Shown piece by piece: positions 26,067 through 35,700 of a stretch of DNA of 61,224 nt (position 1 is its first letter; every line of letters starts with the position of its first letter). The stretch comes from Candidatus Kaiserbacteria bacterium CG10_big_fil_rev_8_21_14_0_10_45_20 (GTDB lineage: Bacteria > Patescibacteriota > Minisyncoccia > Phycocordibacterales > Phycocordibacteraceae): positions 1 through 61,224 of the forward strand of contig PFBH01000001.1 of the NCBI GenBank assembly GCA_002773335.1, given 5' to 3'. The position numbers were made by a program, and so were the translations under genes. The notes beneath the pieces were generated by a model. The model had not been told where the DNA came from. It saw only the letters and a list, made by a program, of their open reading frames with translations, and ran no database searches.

Positions 26067-27206
26067 CTACGTTTCGTGCTCTAGTGCTGTGTCTAATACG
26101 GCTTCTGCAAGCTTGCGTCCCGCGTCAGGGTGAGAGAACTTTTTTGCAGCCTCTGCCATATCATTTCGTGCTTTGGGGTTGGTAAACAGGCGGTCAATTT
26201 CTGAAACAAGGAGGTTTGGCGTCAGGTTTGCCTGTTCTATCACAATCCCCGCCCCCTTTTTAGCGTACGCGAAAGCGTTTAGTCGCTGATCACGGCTAAT
26301 ATTCTCTGGTATCGGAACAATAATTGATGCCTTGCCCCACATTGCAATTTCTGAAAGCGAGTTAGCTCCAGAGCGAGAGATAATGATATCTGATGCTCCC
26401 GCCGCCATACGCATTGCGAGTGACGAAAGGTAACCGAGCGGTTTGTAGCGATAGCGTCGTTCGTTTCTCTCTAAGATAACTTTTGCTGTCTCTGCCACTC
26501 CCGCGTAGTGCGCCTGACCGGTTTGGTGAATAATTTGGTACTTCTTAACCAACTCAGGAGCCGCCGTTAAAATAACCTCGTTTATTTTTTCGGCACCAAG
26601 AGATCCTCCGAGTACCAAAATGACAGGCACGTTATCCTCGAGGTTAAGAAACTCGTGTGTGCCGTCTCGGGCTGGTTTTTTAACATCAGAGCGAATGGGG
26701 TTCCCTGTTAAAGCAACCTTGTCTCGTGTTTTTTCCGGGAAGTATTCAAGTGCTTCATCAAACGCAATAGCAATCTTTTTTGCAAAAGGGGCGGCCATTA
26801 AATTTGCCCGCCCGGGGATAGTGTCAGAATCGTGAATAACTAAAGGAATTTTCAATAATTTTGCCGCAATAACCGTTGGCACGCTTCCGTACCCACCTTT
26901 AGAAAACACGACGTCAGGGTACACTTTATACAAAGAAAAGACAGTTCCTATAATTCCGGACAGAGTTTTAAAAGAATCAAAAACATTTAATAAAGAAAAG
27001 TAGCGACGCATTTTTCCGGCAGGTGTTTTTACAAATGTTATGCCGTTTTCAAATAAGGCTCGCTCATCAAATACATTTGGTCCAAAAAAGTAGAGCTCTG
27101 GCTCTATTATCTTACGTTCTTTTACAAGAGTTTTTAACTCTTCAGCAACAGCAATAATAGGATAAAAGTGTCCTCCTGTTCCTCCGCCGGTAAAAACTAT
27201 TTTCAT
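26067..27206 (-). CDS. murG: undecaprenyldiphospho-muramoylpentapeptide beta-N-acetylglucosaminyltransferase
   Basis: MKIVFTGGGTGGHFYP N-terminus and dcw context. Confidence 0.9.
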   Translation of the reverse strand: MKIVFTGGGTGGHFYPIIAVAEELKTLVKERKIIEPELYFFGPNVFDERALFENGITFVKTPAGKMRRYFSLLNVFDSFKTLSGIIGTVFSLYKVYPDVVFSKGGYGSVPTVIAAKLLKIPLVIHDSDTIPGRANLMAAPFAKKIAIAFDEALEYFPEKTRDKVALTGNPIRSDVKKPARDGTHEFLNLEDNVPVILVLGGSLGAEKINEVILTAAPELVKKYQIIHQTGQAHYAGVAETAKVILERNERRYRYKPLGYLSSLAMRMAAGASDIIISRSGANSLSEIAMWGKASIIVPIPENISRDQRLNAFAYAKKGAGIVIEQANLTPNLLVSEIDRLFTNPKARNDMAEAAKKFSHPDAGRKLAEAVLDTALEHET

Positions 27207-28318
27207 GAAATTCGTCGCGCTCGCGATATGTTAAGAAGTATTCCCACAGAAAATAATGCCATAAAAAGCGCAGATCCGCCGTGACTGACAAAGATAAGCG
27301 GTAGTCCAGTAATAGGAAAGATATTAATCATCGAGCCGATATTCAGAAATGATTGGGACATAATCAGTATAACAATGCCAACGGCAATGAGTCCACCAAA
27401 CATATCTGGGGCTCTCGCCGCTATCCACAAACCTCTCAGAGCAAAGAGCATAAAGGCAAAAATAAGTACAACACCTCCTAGAAATCCAAATTCTTCACTG
27501 TACACGGCAAATATTGAGTCTGATGTTGGCTCTGGCAGGTAGATAAATTTTTGCACGCTTTGCCCAAACCCCCTACCAAACATACCTCCCGAGCCAACTG
27601 CATAGAGCGACTGATTTGTTTGCCAACCGGCTCCCTGAGAGTCTACTGAGGGGTTAAAGAAGGTTTTAATACGGTCTTGCGCGTACGGGCGTACAGAAAT
27701 CACAAGGGTAAGAACAAATATTCCCGCAAGTACAATAATGGCTATATCACGGATTTTAGCGCCAGAAGCAACAAACATTGCCCCACCCGCCGCCGCGATA
27801 ACCGCAAACGTCCCTGTATCAGGCTGAAGAAGTAAGATCCCCGCGGTGATACCCGAGATAATTCCAAACGGAATAATCTTTGCTAAAGATTTTTTTGTAT
27901 CACGAGCAGACAGCCACACCGCTAAATATAAAACGTAACCGATCTTTAAAAGTTCAGCAGGTTGAAATGTTATAAATCCCAAATCGAGCCACCTTTTTGC
28001 ACCATTCAATTCAAGGCCAATAACGGGCAGAAAGACCATCAGTGTTACCAACACAGAGAGGGCAAAAATGTACAGAGAGAATTTTTTGTACCAACGGTAT
28101 GGAATGTAACTTGCAATAAACAATGCAATAAAGCCACCGACGACACCGATTAAAAATTGACTGGAAGCAGTTTGAGAAAACTGTGGGCCTTCTCTTGCAA
28201 GAAGCCCGAGAGAGGCAGACATAAAAATAAGAAACCCTCCCAATACCAAAAATACAACCGAAAGAAGAGTAATTTTATCAAACGGTTTAACCTTCGCCAT
28301 TACTCTTGTATACCACAC
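27203..28318 (-). CDS. ftsW: FtsW/RodA/SpoVE-family peptidoglycan polymerase
   Basis: About 10 TM helices with typical SEDS motifs (PDTGT, LPEPTSD.IFA). The start may be the ATG at 28300. Confidence 0.85.
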   Translation of the reverse strand: MWYTRVMAKVKPFDKITLLSVVFLVLGGFLIFMSASLGLLAREGPQFSQTASSQFLIGVVGGFIALFIASYIPYRWYKKFSLYIFALSVLVTLMVFLPVIGLELNGAKRWLDLGFITFQPAELLKIGYVLYLAVWLSARDTKKSLAKIIPFGIISGITAGILLLQPDTGTFAVIAAAGGAMFVASGAKIRDIAIIVLAGIFVLTLVISVRPYAQDRIKTFFNPSVDSQGAGWQTNQSLYAVGSGGMFGRGFGQSVQKFIYLPEPTSDSIFAVYSEEFGFLGGVVLIFAFMLFALRGLWIAARAPDMFGGLIAVGIVILIMSQSFLNIGSMINIFPITGLPLIFVSHGGSALFMALFSVGILLNISRARRIS

Positions 28319-28662
28319 TAAAAAAGAGTCGTTAGTTGTTAGTGCTTAGAGAACAGTACTGAAGTAGAGGGTATGTCGGTAGATAGTATGACAGTATAGA
28401 AGAAACTACTAAAACACAGGGACCAGAGCACAAACAATAAAAACTCTGAATTGAATCAAAATTCGAAACTTAAAATTCTAAATTACCTCTTTCTGGTTTT
28501 TTTGTTTTTAATTTTCTAGTTTTTTCTGTACTGTCTACTGTCCTACTATTTACTTCCATACTGTTCTCTTGGCTCCTGTGCTCTGGTTTTTCTAAGCACT
28601 AATGACTAACAACTAAGCACTGTCTTTGTAAGCACTAATAACTAAGCACTTGTCTTGGTCCG
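28319..28662. repeat. 344-nt mosaic intergenic repeat inside the dcw cluster
   Basis: Inverted arms at 28331-28349 and 28592-28620. Core module on + (28342-28398) and on - (28526-28569). SD-like module on - (28444-28490). Confidence 0.85.
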
Positions 28663-29724
28663 CTATGCAACAAGTGCAAAAATGACACCGAGAACTGCAA
28701 AAATAATAGAGAGCACCCAGTACCTCATTGCCACCTTATACGAAGGCCAGCCAACTGCTTCAAAGTGGTGGTGGAGGGGGGCAATTTTAAATAACTTTCT
28801 GCCTTTAAATTTTTTCCACAATACTTGGAGAATATTTGAAACGACCGTAATTACCAACAGCCCTGCGATAATAGGAAGCGCAGAGATACCAATCCCCTCT
28901 CCCAGCGAGTCTGTCATAAACGCAATGACAGCAATCGTTAAGGTGATACCCATAGACCCTGTCTCTGTCATCCAAAAACGCGCCGGAGGGATGTTAAACC
29001 AAAGAAACGCAAGAATAGCTCCTGCCATCATGGTGCAAAATGCTGCAAGGTTAATTTGATCTTGGTTAAAGGCAATAAAGGCGTAGGCAAGAAATATGGA
29101 GGTAAAAACAAACCCTGATAAACCATCAATACCATCAATAACGCCTGATGCGTACAGAGAAACAGAAACGAGCATAAAAAACGGAATAATGAGCCAGCCT
29201 ATTTCAAGAGGAAGTCCAAACGGTATACCAACCTCGGTAATTCCCAATTTTCCGTAAAACCACCATCCAATAATTCCTGAAGTTGCCAGTACTAAAAGGA
29301 GGCGGACAGAAACAGACATTCCTTTAGGTCCTTCGTCCAGTGTGTCTAACAAGTCATTTGAAAAGCCAATGAGCGCTCCAATCAGTAAAGTAAAAAGCGG
29401 TATCCATGTTTGGTCACGAGAAAGGAAATCAAGTTTTGTTGTTATATCTGATGGAAAAAAGTGTCCGAGCGCCCAAAGACCAAAAATAGTTACACTTGCC
29501 GAGAGCCATATAACAATTCCTCCCATACGAGGTGTGTGTAATTCGTTCTCTCCGTGCATCCGATTAAATTCTTCTGCCACAGAGCCATCTAACGCTTGCT
29601 TCCCGCCTCTTTTTTTCCACACCTTGTGTTTATACAGGTAGTGGGTCACGACAGGGGTAATTGCAATGCCAATCCAAAAGGCTAACAGTGCAGGAATAAG
29701 GACTTTAAGAAGGTCAATAGGCAT
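28663..29724 (-). CDS. mraY: phospho-N-acetylmuramoyl-pentapeptide transferase
   Basis: Polytopic protein with NDLLD and DGIDGL motifs and the C-terminal APLHHHFE. Confidence 0.9.
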   Translation of the reverse strand: MPIDLLKVLIPALLAFWIGIAITPVVTHYLYKHKVWKKRGGKQALDGSVAEEFNRMHGENELHTPRMGGIVIWLSASVTIFGLWALGHFFPSDITTKLDFLSRDQTWIPLFTLLIGALIGFSNDLLDTLDEGPKGMSVSVRLLLVLATSGIIGWWFYGKLGITEVGIPFGLPLEIGWLIIPFFMLVSVSLYASGVIDGIDGLSGFVFTSIFLAYAFIAFNQDQINLAAFCTMMAGAILAFLWFNIPPARFWMTETGSMGITLTIAVIAFMTDSLGEGIGISALPIIAGLLVITVVSNILQVLWKKFKGRKLFKIAPLHHHFEAVGWPSYKVAMRYWVLSIIFAVLGVIFALVA

Positions 29725-29747
29725 ACTACTTTCAGTATATATGGTTA

Positions 29748-30707
29748 TTATATGTCATTAAATACAGCGACTTTTTGTGACGCTCCGCACAAAACATCTT
29801 TTACCATAACGCGTTTTGCATAATGAGAGAGTGCCAAAACATCATCATCGCGATCTTCTCGCGTTGAACCGAGAACAACTATCACCACCGGTCGTCCCAA
29901 GACTGGCTCTACGATAACCCCAAGGTTTCCTCCTGCAAGGTCTGTGTACCCTGTTTTAGCAATGGTGTTCCCTGCAATGTTTCCTGTAATGGTGCTCGTA
30001 TGTTTTGCGGTATGTACAAAACCCGAAAGAGAGACAAAATCAATCTCTTTGTGTGTAGAGAAAGACATAATGTCAGGATGCTCTTTTGATGCAAACAGGA
30101 GGAGCTGAGCCACATCATAGGCAGACCCATACGCCCCCGCTGTTGTCGTAGAGACATCAAGACCGGTATCGTTAATAAAGTACGTACTAATGAGGTCGAT
30201 AGACTGCGCCTTCTCGTTCATTTTTCTGATAAACGAATCGTGTGTTTCTACATCCTTCTGTGATGCAATGAGTGCAAGCGCGTGTGCCCCTTCGTTTGAA
30301 GACGTTATAAGCGTGTATCCAAGCAGGTCGCCGACAGTCCAACGCTCATCAGCAAAGAGCCCCGAAGTGCTTCCTACTGAAAAAGCCTCTTCTGGAATTA
30401 CTACAACGTCTTTCGGATCCAAAGAGTCTAGTGCAACACTCGCGGTCATTATTTTAGTGAGCGACGCGAGAGGAAGTTGGGCGTAGGCGTTTTTTTCTTC
30501 CAACACTGAACCCGTGGTTACATCTTCTACGTACACCGCCTTGGCAACCGTTGTTGGTGGTTGTTCGCGGTACGTGCACGCTACCAAAGAAACCTGCGTG
30601 TTAGGAGCGTGTTGAATATTTGAAAACGAATAAAACCCTACTCCTGCAATAAGAAAAGAGAGCGAGGTGGTTGCGAGCGTCGCATAGAGAGAGAATCCTT
30701 GTTTCAT
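29748..30707 (-). CDS. serine-type D-Ala-D-Ala carboxypeptidase (S11)
   Basis: SLTK (SxxK), SSNE (SxN) and KTGYT (KTG) motifs. Confidence 0.85.
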   Translation of the reverse strand: MKQGFSLYATLATTSLSFLIAGVGFYSFSNIQHAPNTQVSLVACTYREQPPTTVAKAVYVEDVTTGSVLEEKNAYAQLPLASLTKIMTASVALDSLDPKDVVVIPEEAFSVGSTSGLFADERWTVGDLLGYTLITSSNEGAHALALIASQKDVETHDSFIRKMNEKAQSIDLISTYFINDTGLDVSTTTAGAYGSAYDVAQLLLFASKEHPDIMSFSTHKEIDFVSLSGFVHTAKHTSTITGNIAGNTIAKTGYTDLAGGNLGVIVEPVLGRPVVIVVLGSTREDRDDDVLALSHYAKRVMVKDVLCGASQKVAVFNDI

Positions 30708-31267
30708 AGTGTTTCTTCTTTTGATTCAACGTCGTCTTTTTGTGCCAGCGTGTCGTCTATCATTTTCTTAAATTCATCAAATTGTGGGAGGTCAGAAAGT
30801 GAAGAGACACCGAGTGTCGCAGGCAATTCAGTCGTTGGTCTATACAGAAAACTCCTTTTGTCTTGTGGGTTTTCAATACGTTCAATTAAACCACGAATTG
30901 TAAGAGACCGAAGTATGGACGAGCAGTTTACACCGCGTATGTATTCTATATCTGCCCGGGTAGACGACCCTTGGTAAATGATAATAGCAAGAGTCTCAAG
31001 ACCCGCCTTTCCCAGTGGACCTTCTAGCTCTTCTTTCCGCATTTTTGCTATAAGCGAAGAGACGTCTGGAGCCGTGGCAAGCCCAACGCACTCCCCTTCT
31101 AAGACAACGCGCACCCCCCGGTTTTCTAAACTCGCTTTTAAAGTGTACACAGCATCTTTTGCCTCTTCATCGGTAATACTGAGACTTTGAGCAAGAGCGC
31201 TCATTTTTATCGGCTCTCCCTTATAAAAAAGCATTGCTTCAATCTGTGATTCAATCGGAGTGTTCAT
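30704..31267 (-). CDS. scpB: segregation and condensation protein B
   Basis: EAMLFYKGEPI N-terminus and tandem winged helices. Lies adjacent to scpA. Confidence 0.8.
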   Translation of the reverse strand: MNTPIESQIEAMLFYKGEPIKMSALAQSLSITDEEAKDAVYTLKASLENRGVRVVLEGECVGLATAPDVSSLIAKMRKEELEGPLGKAGLETLAIIIYQGSSTRADIEYIRGVNCSSILRSLTIRGLIERIENPQDKRSFLYRPTTELPATLGVSSLSDLPQFDEFKKMIDDTLAQKDDVESKEETL

Positions 31268-31325
31268 ACATGGTATCAGTGTAAGCTAGAAGGCAAAAAG
31301 TTTAAAGTGTTTTTAAGTATACAAA

Positions 31326-32057
31326 TTATTCGTAACGAGGGGCTTTGGGTGTGCCGGCGTACTCGAGACGGATGTCGGCAAATTTTCCGTACTGCTCAAC
31401 CAAGAGAGAGCCCTGCTTTACTAACTCTAACACCGCCAAAAACCCAACGGCAACTTCTCGACGGTCCTTTGTTGAACCAACAAAGTCGGTAAATGACATA
31501 GAAAGCGCGCTCTCTATTCGTGCAGAGAGTCGCTTCATCATATCCTCCAAAGACATAATTGTTTTGACTGAAATCTCTTTCTTCTTCTCTATCTTGGGAG
31601 CGTTTTGAAGAGCGTTTTCTATAGCTTCTCTCAGAGAAGAGGTATTCATATCAGGAGAGGGAGCGTACAGGGGTGTAGTTTCTTTTTTTAATCCCCCAAA
31701 GTATAGCGGAGATCCCAAAAGAGATCCCAAGTTTTTACCAATGCCTCTAAAGATTTTGTATAATTGAAGTCGGTGCTCCAAGTCTTTTATGTCTCCTTCC
31801 TCTTCTTCGGTTAACGAAAGTACCGGGAGGAGCGTTTTTGATTTAATAAGAAGCAGTGTTGAGGCAATGACAATAAATTGCGACGCCTCGCCAACCGGAA
31901 AAAACGGTTGCTCTTTTACGTAGGTAATAAAACTTTCCGCAACTTGCGACAGAGAGACGTCAGAGACGTGCATCTTCCGCTCTTCAATAAGAGAAAGGAG
32001 AAGGTCAAGCGGACCTTCAAATGCTCCTACGGTTACCTTGAATGTATCGGTGCTCAC
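31326..32057 (-). CDS. scpA: segregation and condensation protein A
   Basis: FEGPLDLLLSLIEERKMHVSDVSL kleisin N-terminus. Confidence 0.8.
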   Translation of the reverse strand: MSTDTFKVTVGAFEGPLDLLLSLIEERKMHVSDVSLSQVAESFITYVKEQPFFPVGEASQFIVIASTLLLIKSKTLLPVLSLTEEEEGDIKDLEHRLQLYKIFRGIGKNLGSLLGSPLYFGGLKKETTPLYAPSPDMNTSSLREAIENALQNAPKIEKKKEISVKTIMSLEDMMKRLSARIESALSMSFTDFVGSTKDRREVAVGFLAVLELVKQGSLLVEQYGKFADIRLEYAGTPKAPRYE

Positions 32058-32170
32058 ATAAAAACTATAACATTATCTTGGGGAGAGTTAGGGTTTAGGG
32101 TATTAGTCTTCTGTATACAGTATTCAGTATGAGATGGCTAGCCATTAGGTTGTTAGGGTATTAGGCTTTA
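32058..32170. repeat. intergenic stop-word repeat (TTAGGG/TTTAGGG/TTAGG words)
   Basis: GAGTTAGGGTTTAGGGTATTAG ... CATTAGGTTGTTAGGGTATTAGGCTTTAGC. Shares a module with 15581-15620. Confidence 0.75.
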
Positions 32171-32221
32171 GCTTAAAACCACAAAAAACAACCATTTGTC
32201 GTCGAAATACCTTTTCTATCC

Positions 32222-32251
32222 TTGATAAACACTTATTAAAAATAGTACAAT
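32222..32251 (+). promoter_or_regulatory. sigma70-like promoter TTGATA-N18-TACAAT
   Basis: Lies 28 nt upstream of the ATG at 32280. Confidence 0.4.
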
Positions 32252-32279
32252 ACTGTCGTTAAAGTAAGGTTAATTAACG

Positions 32280-32582
32280 ATGACTCGCAATTTTATGTTT
32301 AATTTTTTAAAAGGAGAAAGGTTTCAAAAAAGAAACGAATCTGCTCCACGTGGATTTATAGCTGAAGGGATGCCGAGAGAGCTTTTAGACAAAACTTATA
32401 ATGAAGCGCAAGTAGTACTCAAAGAGATGTACGGCAACAGACTTGCCACCAAAGCAGACCTCAAACGTATTAAAAAGAATGCAAATGACTACCCTTATTT
32501 GCGAATGCCAGTGGCTCGACTTCTGGCATTTGGGTCAAAAGTTCGCTTCCGTGGCTATTTGTATGTGCCGTGCCTTATCTGA
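32280..32582 (+). CDS. hypothetical protein (100 aa)
   Basis: ORF track. Has its own promoter and terminator. No recognisable motif. Confidence 0.5.
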   Translation: MTRNFMFNFLKGERFQKRNESAPRGFIAEGMPRELLDKTYNEAQVVLKEMYGNRLATKADLKRIKKNANDYPYLRMPVARLLAFGSKVRFRGYLYVPCLI

Positions 32583-32720
32583 GACGAGCACTTCTTTGAC
32601 GGTGAGTACTGGGGTGGAGGCAGGGTTGCTCAGCACGTCCAGTTTCTCCTCCGAGACTAGATCTTGTTCTTGAACTCCTGCCTTTTAGTTCTTGATTCTT
32701 GTCCTTACTCTTGTTCCCTT

Positions 32721-32748
32721 AAAACTCCCCGTATGTGGGGAGTTTTTT
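32721..32748. terminator. intrinsic terminator
   Basis: AAAACTCCCC-GTATG-TGGGGAGTTTTTT. Confidence 0.75.
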
Positions 32749-32881
32749 CTATACTGTCTACTGTCCTACTATTTACTTCCATACTGTCCTCTAAGCACTA
32801 ATAACTAGCTTTTAGGCTCTAGGCCTTAGGCTTTAGCTAACTCCTAACTTCCTAACAACCTAATCCTCCTAACCTCCTGTC
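32749..32881. repeat. core module (- orientation) plus TTAGG/CCTAA word hairpin
   Basis: 32749-32808 aligns with 28526-28569. Bases 32851-32871 are the reverse complement of 9663-9683. Confidence 0.8.
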
Positions 32882-34294
32882 TCAATAGTGCTCAACCATT
32901 CTAATAAGCAGTCGTACCGGCTCTCCCGTAGATCCTTTTGCCAAGTTATCTTCTGAAATTGATTCCATACGAGGTGCCATATCAATGTGTGCCCAAGGGT
33001 ACTTTTGAGTAAATTGCGCAAGAAAGATACCGCCGTTAATCGCTCCTCCGTAACGCGAGTTTCCCTGCACGACAAGGTTGCCGATATCAGCGACGTTGCC
33101 CCGAATGTCTGCATCGTACTCTTTCCAAAGAGGGAGTGGCCACACATAGTCACCCGACAGTTCTCCCTGTTCACGGAGCGCCATCTCTATCTTGCTCTTG
33201 CGAGTCATTATTGCTGAGGCACGTTGTCCCAAAGCCACGAGTGACGCGCCGGTCAGTGTTGCTATATCGAGAACGAGACGAGGAGAGTATCTCTCTGCGT
33301 ATGTAAGGGCATCAGCTAAAATGAGGCGTCCTTCTGCGTCAGTGTTTATTACCTCAACTGTTTTTCCAGACATAGACGTAAGAACGTCACCGGGGCGGTA
33401 TGCGGTTCCCGAAGGCATATTTTCAACAGCAGGAACAATACCAATAACATTCTTTTTCAATTTCAATTTAGCTACTGCTGAAATGGCACCAATAACAGAA
33501 GCGCCGCCTGCCATATCGTGGTGCATACCAAACATACCTGACTCGGGTTTCAAATTAAAACCACCGGTATCAAATGTTACCCCCTTCCCTACAAGGACAA
33601 TCGGTTTCTTTGAATCATTTTGATTTTTACTTGGAGCGGACGGTTTTCCTGCACCCCAATACTCCATAACTATCAGTTTTGGCTCTTCCGGAGATCCTTT
33701 GGCAACACCAAGAATGAGACCCATATTGAGCTTTTGCATCTCTTTCTTGTCTAAAATAGAAACCAGCACAGATGTCCCCTTCGTCGCCTCTCTTGTGGCT
33801 TGCGCCAAAGTTTGAGGGGTCATATCGCCTCCGGGGGTGTTTGCAAGGTCTCGGACATTGTTCACCTCTTTTCCAATGATTTCTCCTTGCTGCATACCCT
33901 TTTTAAGCGCCTGAGAGGCATTTCGTATGGTTACTGCTTCAACATCAGCATATAGAGTGTCTTTTTTACTCTTGTATCGAGTAAATTCATAATTTGCCAG
34001 AAGGATATTTTCTGCAAGTAAACGTCCCAACTCTTGGTCGTCAATCTCTCGTATAGCAGGAAAGTGTAGATCATTCGCGTCAATCACAACTGCTTTCTGT
34101 TTCTGATCACGGGCAACACGGATAGATTTTCTAATAACACGTATAAGCACTCGACGGGTTATGTCTGCTGATTTTCCAACACCAATACTAATGCGAACGT
34201 TCCCTTTTGTATCTTCAATAGTCTTTGTTACGGTGCCTTCGGCAAAGATGATCTGTGTTCGTTGTTTTTTCGGTTCAGTATATTGAAATTTCAT
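32882..34294 (-). CDS. pepA: M17 leucyl aminopeptidase
   Basis: NTDAEGRLILADAL signature and VGKGVTFDTGG. Confidence 0.9.
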   Translation of the reverse strand: MKFQYTEPKKQRTQIIFAEGTVTKTIEDTKGNVRISIGVGKSADITRRVLIRVIRKSIRVARDQKQKAVVIDANDLHFPAIREIDDQELGRLLAENILLANYEFTRYKSKKDTLYADVEAVTIRNASQALKKGMQQGEIIGKEVNNVRDLANTPGGDMTPQTLAQATREATKGTSVLVSILDKKEMQKLNMGLILGVAKGSPEEPKLIVMEYWGAGKPSAPSKNQNDSKKPIVLVGKGVTFDTGGFNLKPESGMFGMHHDMAGGASVIGAISAVAKLKLKKNVIGIVPAVENMPSGTAYRPGDVLTSMSGKTVEVINTDAEGRLILADALTYAERYSPRLVLDIATLTGASLVALGQRASAIMTRKSKIEMALREQGELSGDYVWPLPLWKEYDADIRGNVADIGNLVVQGNSRYGGAINGGIFLAQFTQKYPWAHIDMAPRMESISEDNLAKGSTGEPVRLLIRMVEHY

Positions 34295-34296
34295 TT

Positions 34297-35694
34297 TTAT
34301 TTTTTATCTTTCTTAATTTCTAATCCAAGTTCATCTAATTGTTTAGCAGTCAGTTCTTTCGGCGCTTTCATAACTGCTGTTTGTCCGCCTCGTGTCATTG
34401 GAAACGCTTGCACTTCCCGCAAGTATGATTCGCCGGCAAGGTTCATAATGTTTCGTTCAATACCAAGCGCAATACCTCCGTGCGGTGGCGTGCCGTACGA
34501 AAATGCTTCAAGCATATGCCCCACACGTTCGTCTGTTTCTTCTTTTGAATACCCCATTACTTTGTACGTCGCGCGAAGCGTGTCTGGATTATGAGCACGA
34601 ATTGAACCTCCTCCGGCCTCAAAACCATTACACACAAGGTCATACTGCGTGGTAAGTATCTCTTCAATTCTCTCCCCTTTCATAAGCCACTCAACGTGCT
34701 CAGGTATCGGTTGCGAGAATGGGTTGTGGGTGAATGTCCATTTTCCATCATCTGTTTTTTCAAAAAACGGAAAGTGCGTAACCCACGCGTACGCAAGCAC
34801 AGCATTTTTCTTGTCCTCTTCACTACGAAGATCAAACTTATCGGCACCATACGTTTCCATTGCCTCTTTATACGAGATACGCGGAAACGGTTTTTCTTTA
34901 ATGGTATATCCCATACTCTCAACTGTTTTAACTATCATATCTTCAACGAGCGTCATAACACCCTCCATATCAACGAATGACATTTCAAGGTCAAGTTGTG
35001 TGTGTTCAAAACCTCTGTCGGCACGCAAATCTTCATCGCGTACCGCTCGGGCAACCTGAAAGTATCGTTCAAACCCTCCCGACATTAAAAGCTGTTTGTA
35101 TTGTTGAGGTGATTGTGGAAGTGCGTAAAACTTTCCGGGATTAATTCGTGAAGGAACAACAAAATCTCGTGACCCTTCCGGTGTTGATTCGGTCAAGAGT
35201 GGTGTTTCAATTTCAGTAAAATCATTACTAAAGAGGTATTCACGCGCTTTCTGTACAAACTCAGAACGAAGACGGATGTTTTTTTGCATCCTCTCGGTGC
35301 GAAGGTCCAAGTATCGGTATTTTAAACGGACACCCTCATCAATGTCGTGTGTGTCTTTATGCAGGTCAAATGGTGGCGTGTCTGCTGTATTTAAAACCTC
35401 AACTCTTAGTATCTCAAGCTCTATACTGCCGTTTTGCTCGTCTGCATTCACGTTCTTTTCAGGGCGAGCGTTTACCTTTCCTGTTACAGAGACCACATAC
35501 TCGTCGCGCAGTGTCTTTGCAATTTCCATTGCCTCGCTTCCGGGTAATACCACTCCTTGCACTGATCCACTTCGGTCGCGAAAGTTAAAGAAGATCATCT
35601 TCCCTTGGTCGCGACGCACATCAACCCATCCTACAATAACCACCTCCTCTCCGGTGTGACCGTGTAAATCACCTATTAAAGTTCTATTTTGCAT
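34297..35694 (-). CDS. aspS: aspartyl-tRNA synthetase, short form without the bacterial insertion domain
   Basis: OB-fold N-terminus and class II motifs (FRDE-like RAVRDEDLRADR, GGGSIR). 465 aa. Confidence 0.85.
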   Translation of the reverse strand: MQNRTLIGDLHGHTGEEVVIVGWVDVRRDQGKMIFFNFRDRSGSVQGVVLPGSEAMEIAKTLRDEYVVSVTGKVNARPEKNVNADEQNGSIELEILRVEVLNTADTPPFDLHKDTHDIDEGVRLKYRYLDLRTERMQKNIRLRSEFVQKAREYLFSNDFTEIETPLLTESTPEGSRDFVVPSRINPGKFYALPQSPQQYKQLLMSGGFERYFQVARAVRDEDLRADRGFEHTQLDLEMSFVDMEGVMTLVEDMIVKTVESMGYTIKEKPFPRISYKEAMETYGADKFDLRSEEDKKNAVLAYAWVTHFPFFEKTDDGKWTFTHNPFSQPIPEHVEWLMKGERIEEILTTQYDLVCNGFEAGGGSIRAHNPDTLRATYKVMGYSKEETDERVGHMLEAFSYGTPPHGGIALGIERNIMNLAGESYLREVQAFPMTRGGQTAVMKAPKELTAKQLDELGLEIKKDKK

Positions 35695-35700
35695 ATCGCC

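Noticed and set aside
32085-32100. Telomere-like TTAGGGTTTAGGG.
   Set aside because: It is a single occurrence embedded in the TTAG-word repeat family in the interior of a gene-dense bacterial segment. The resemblance is coincidental.
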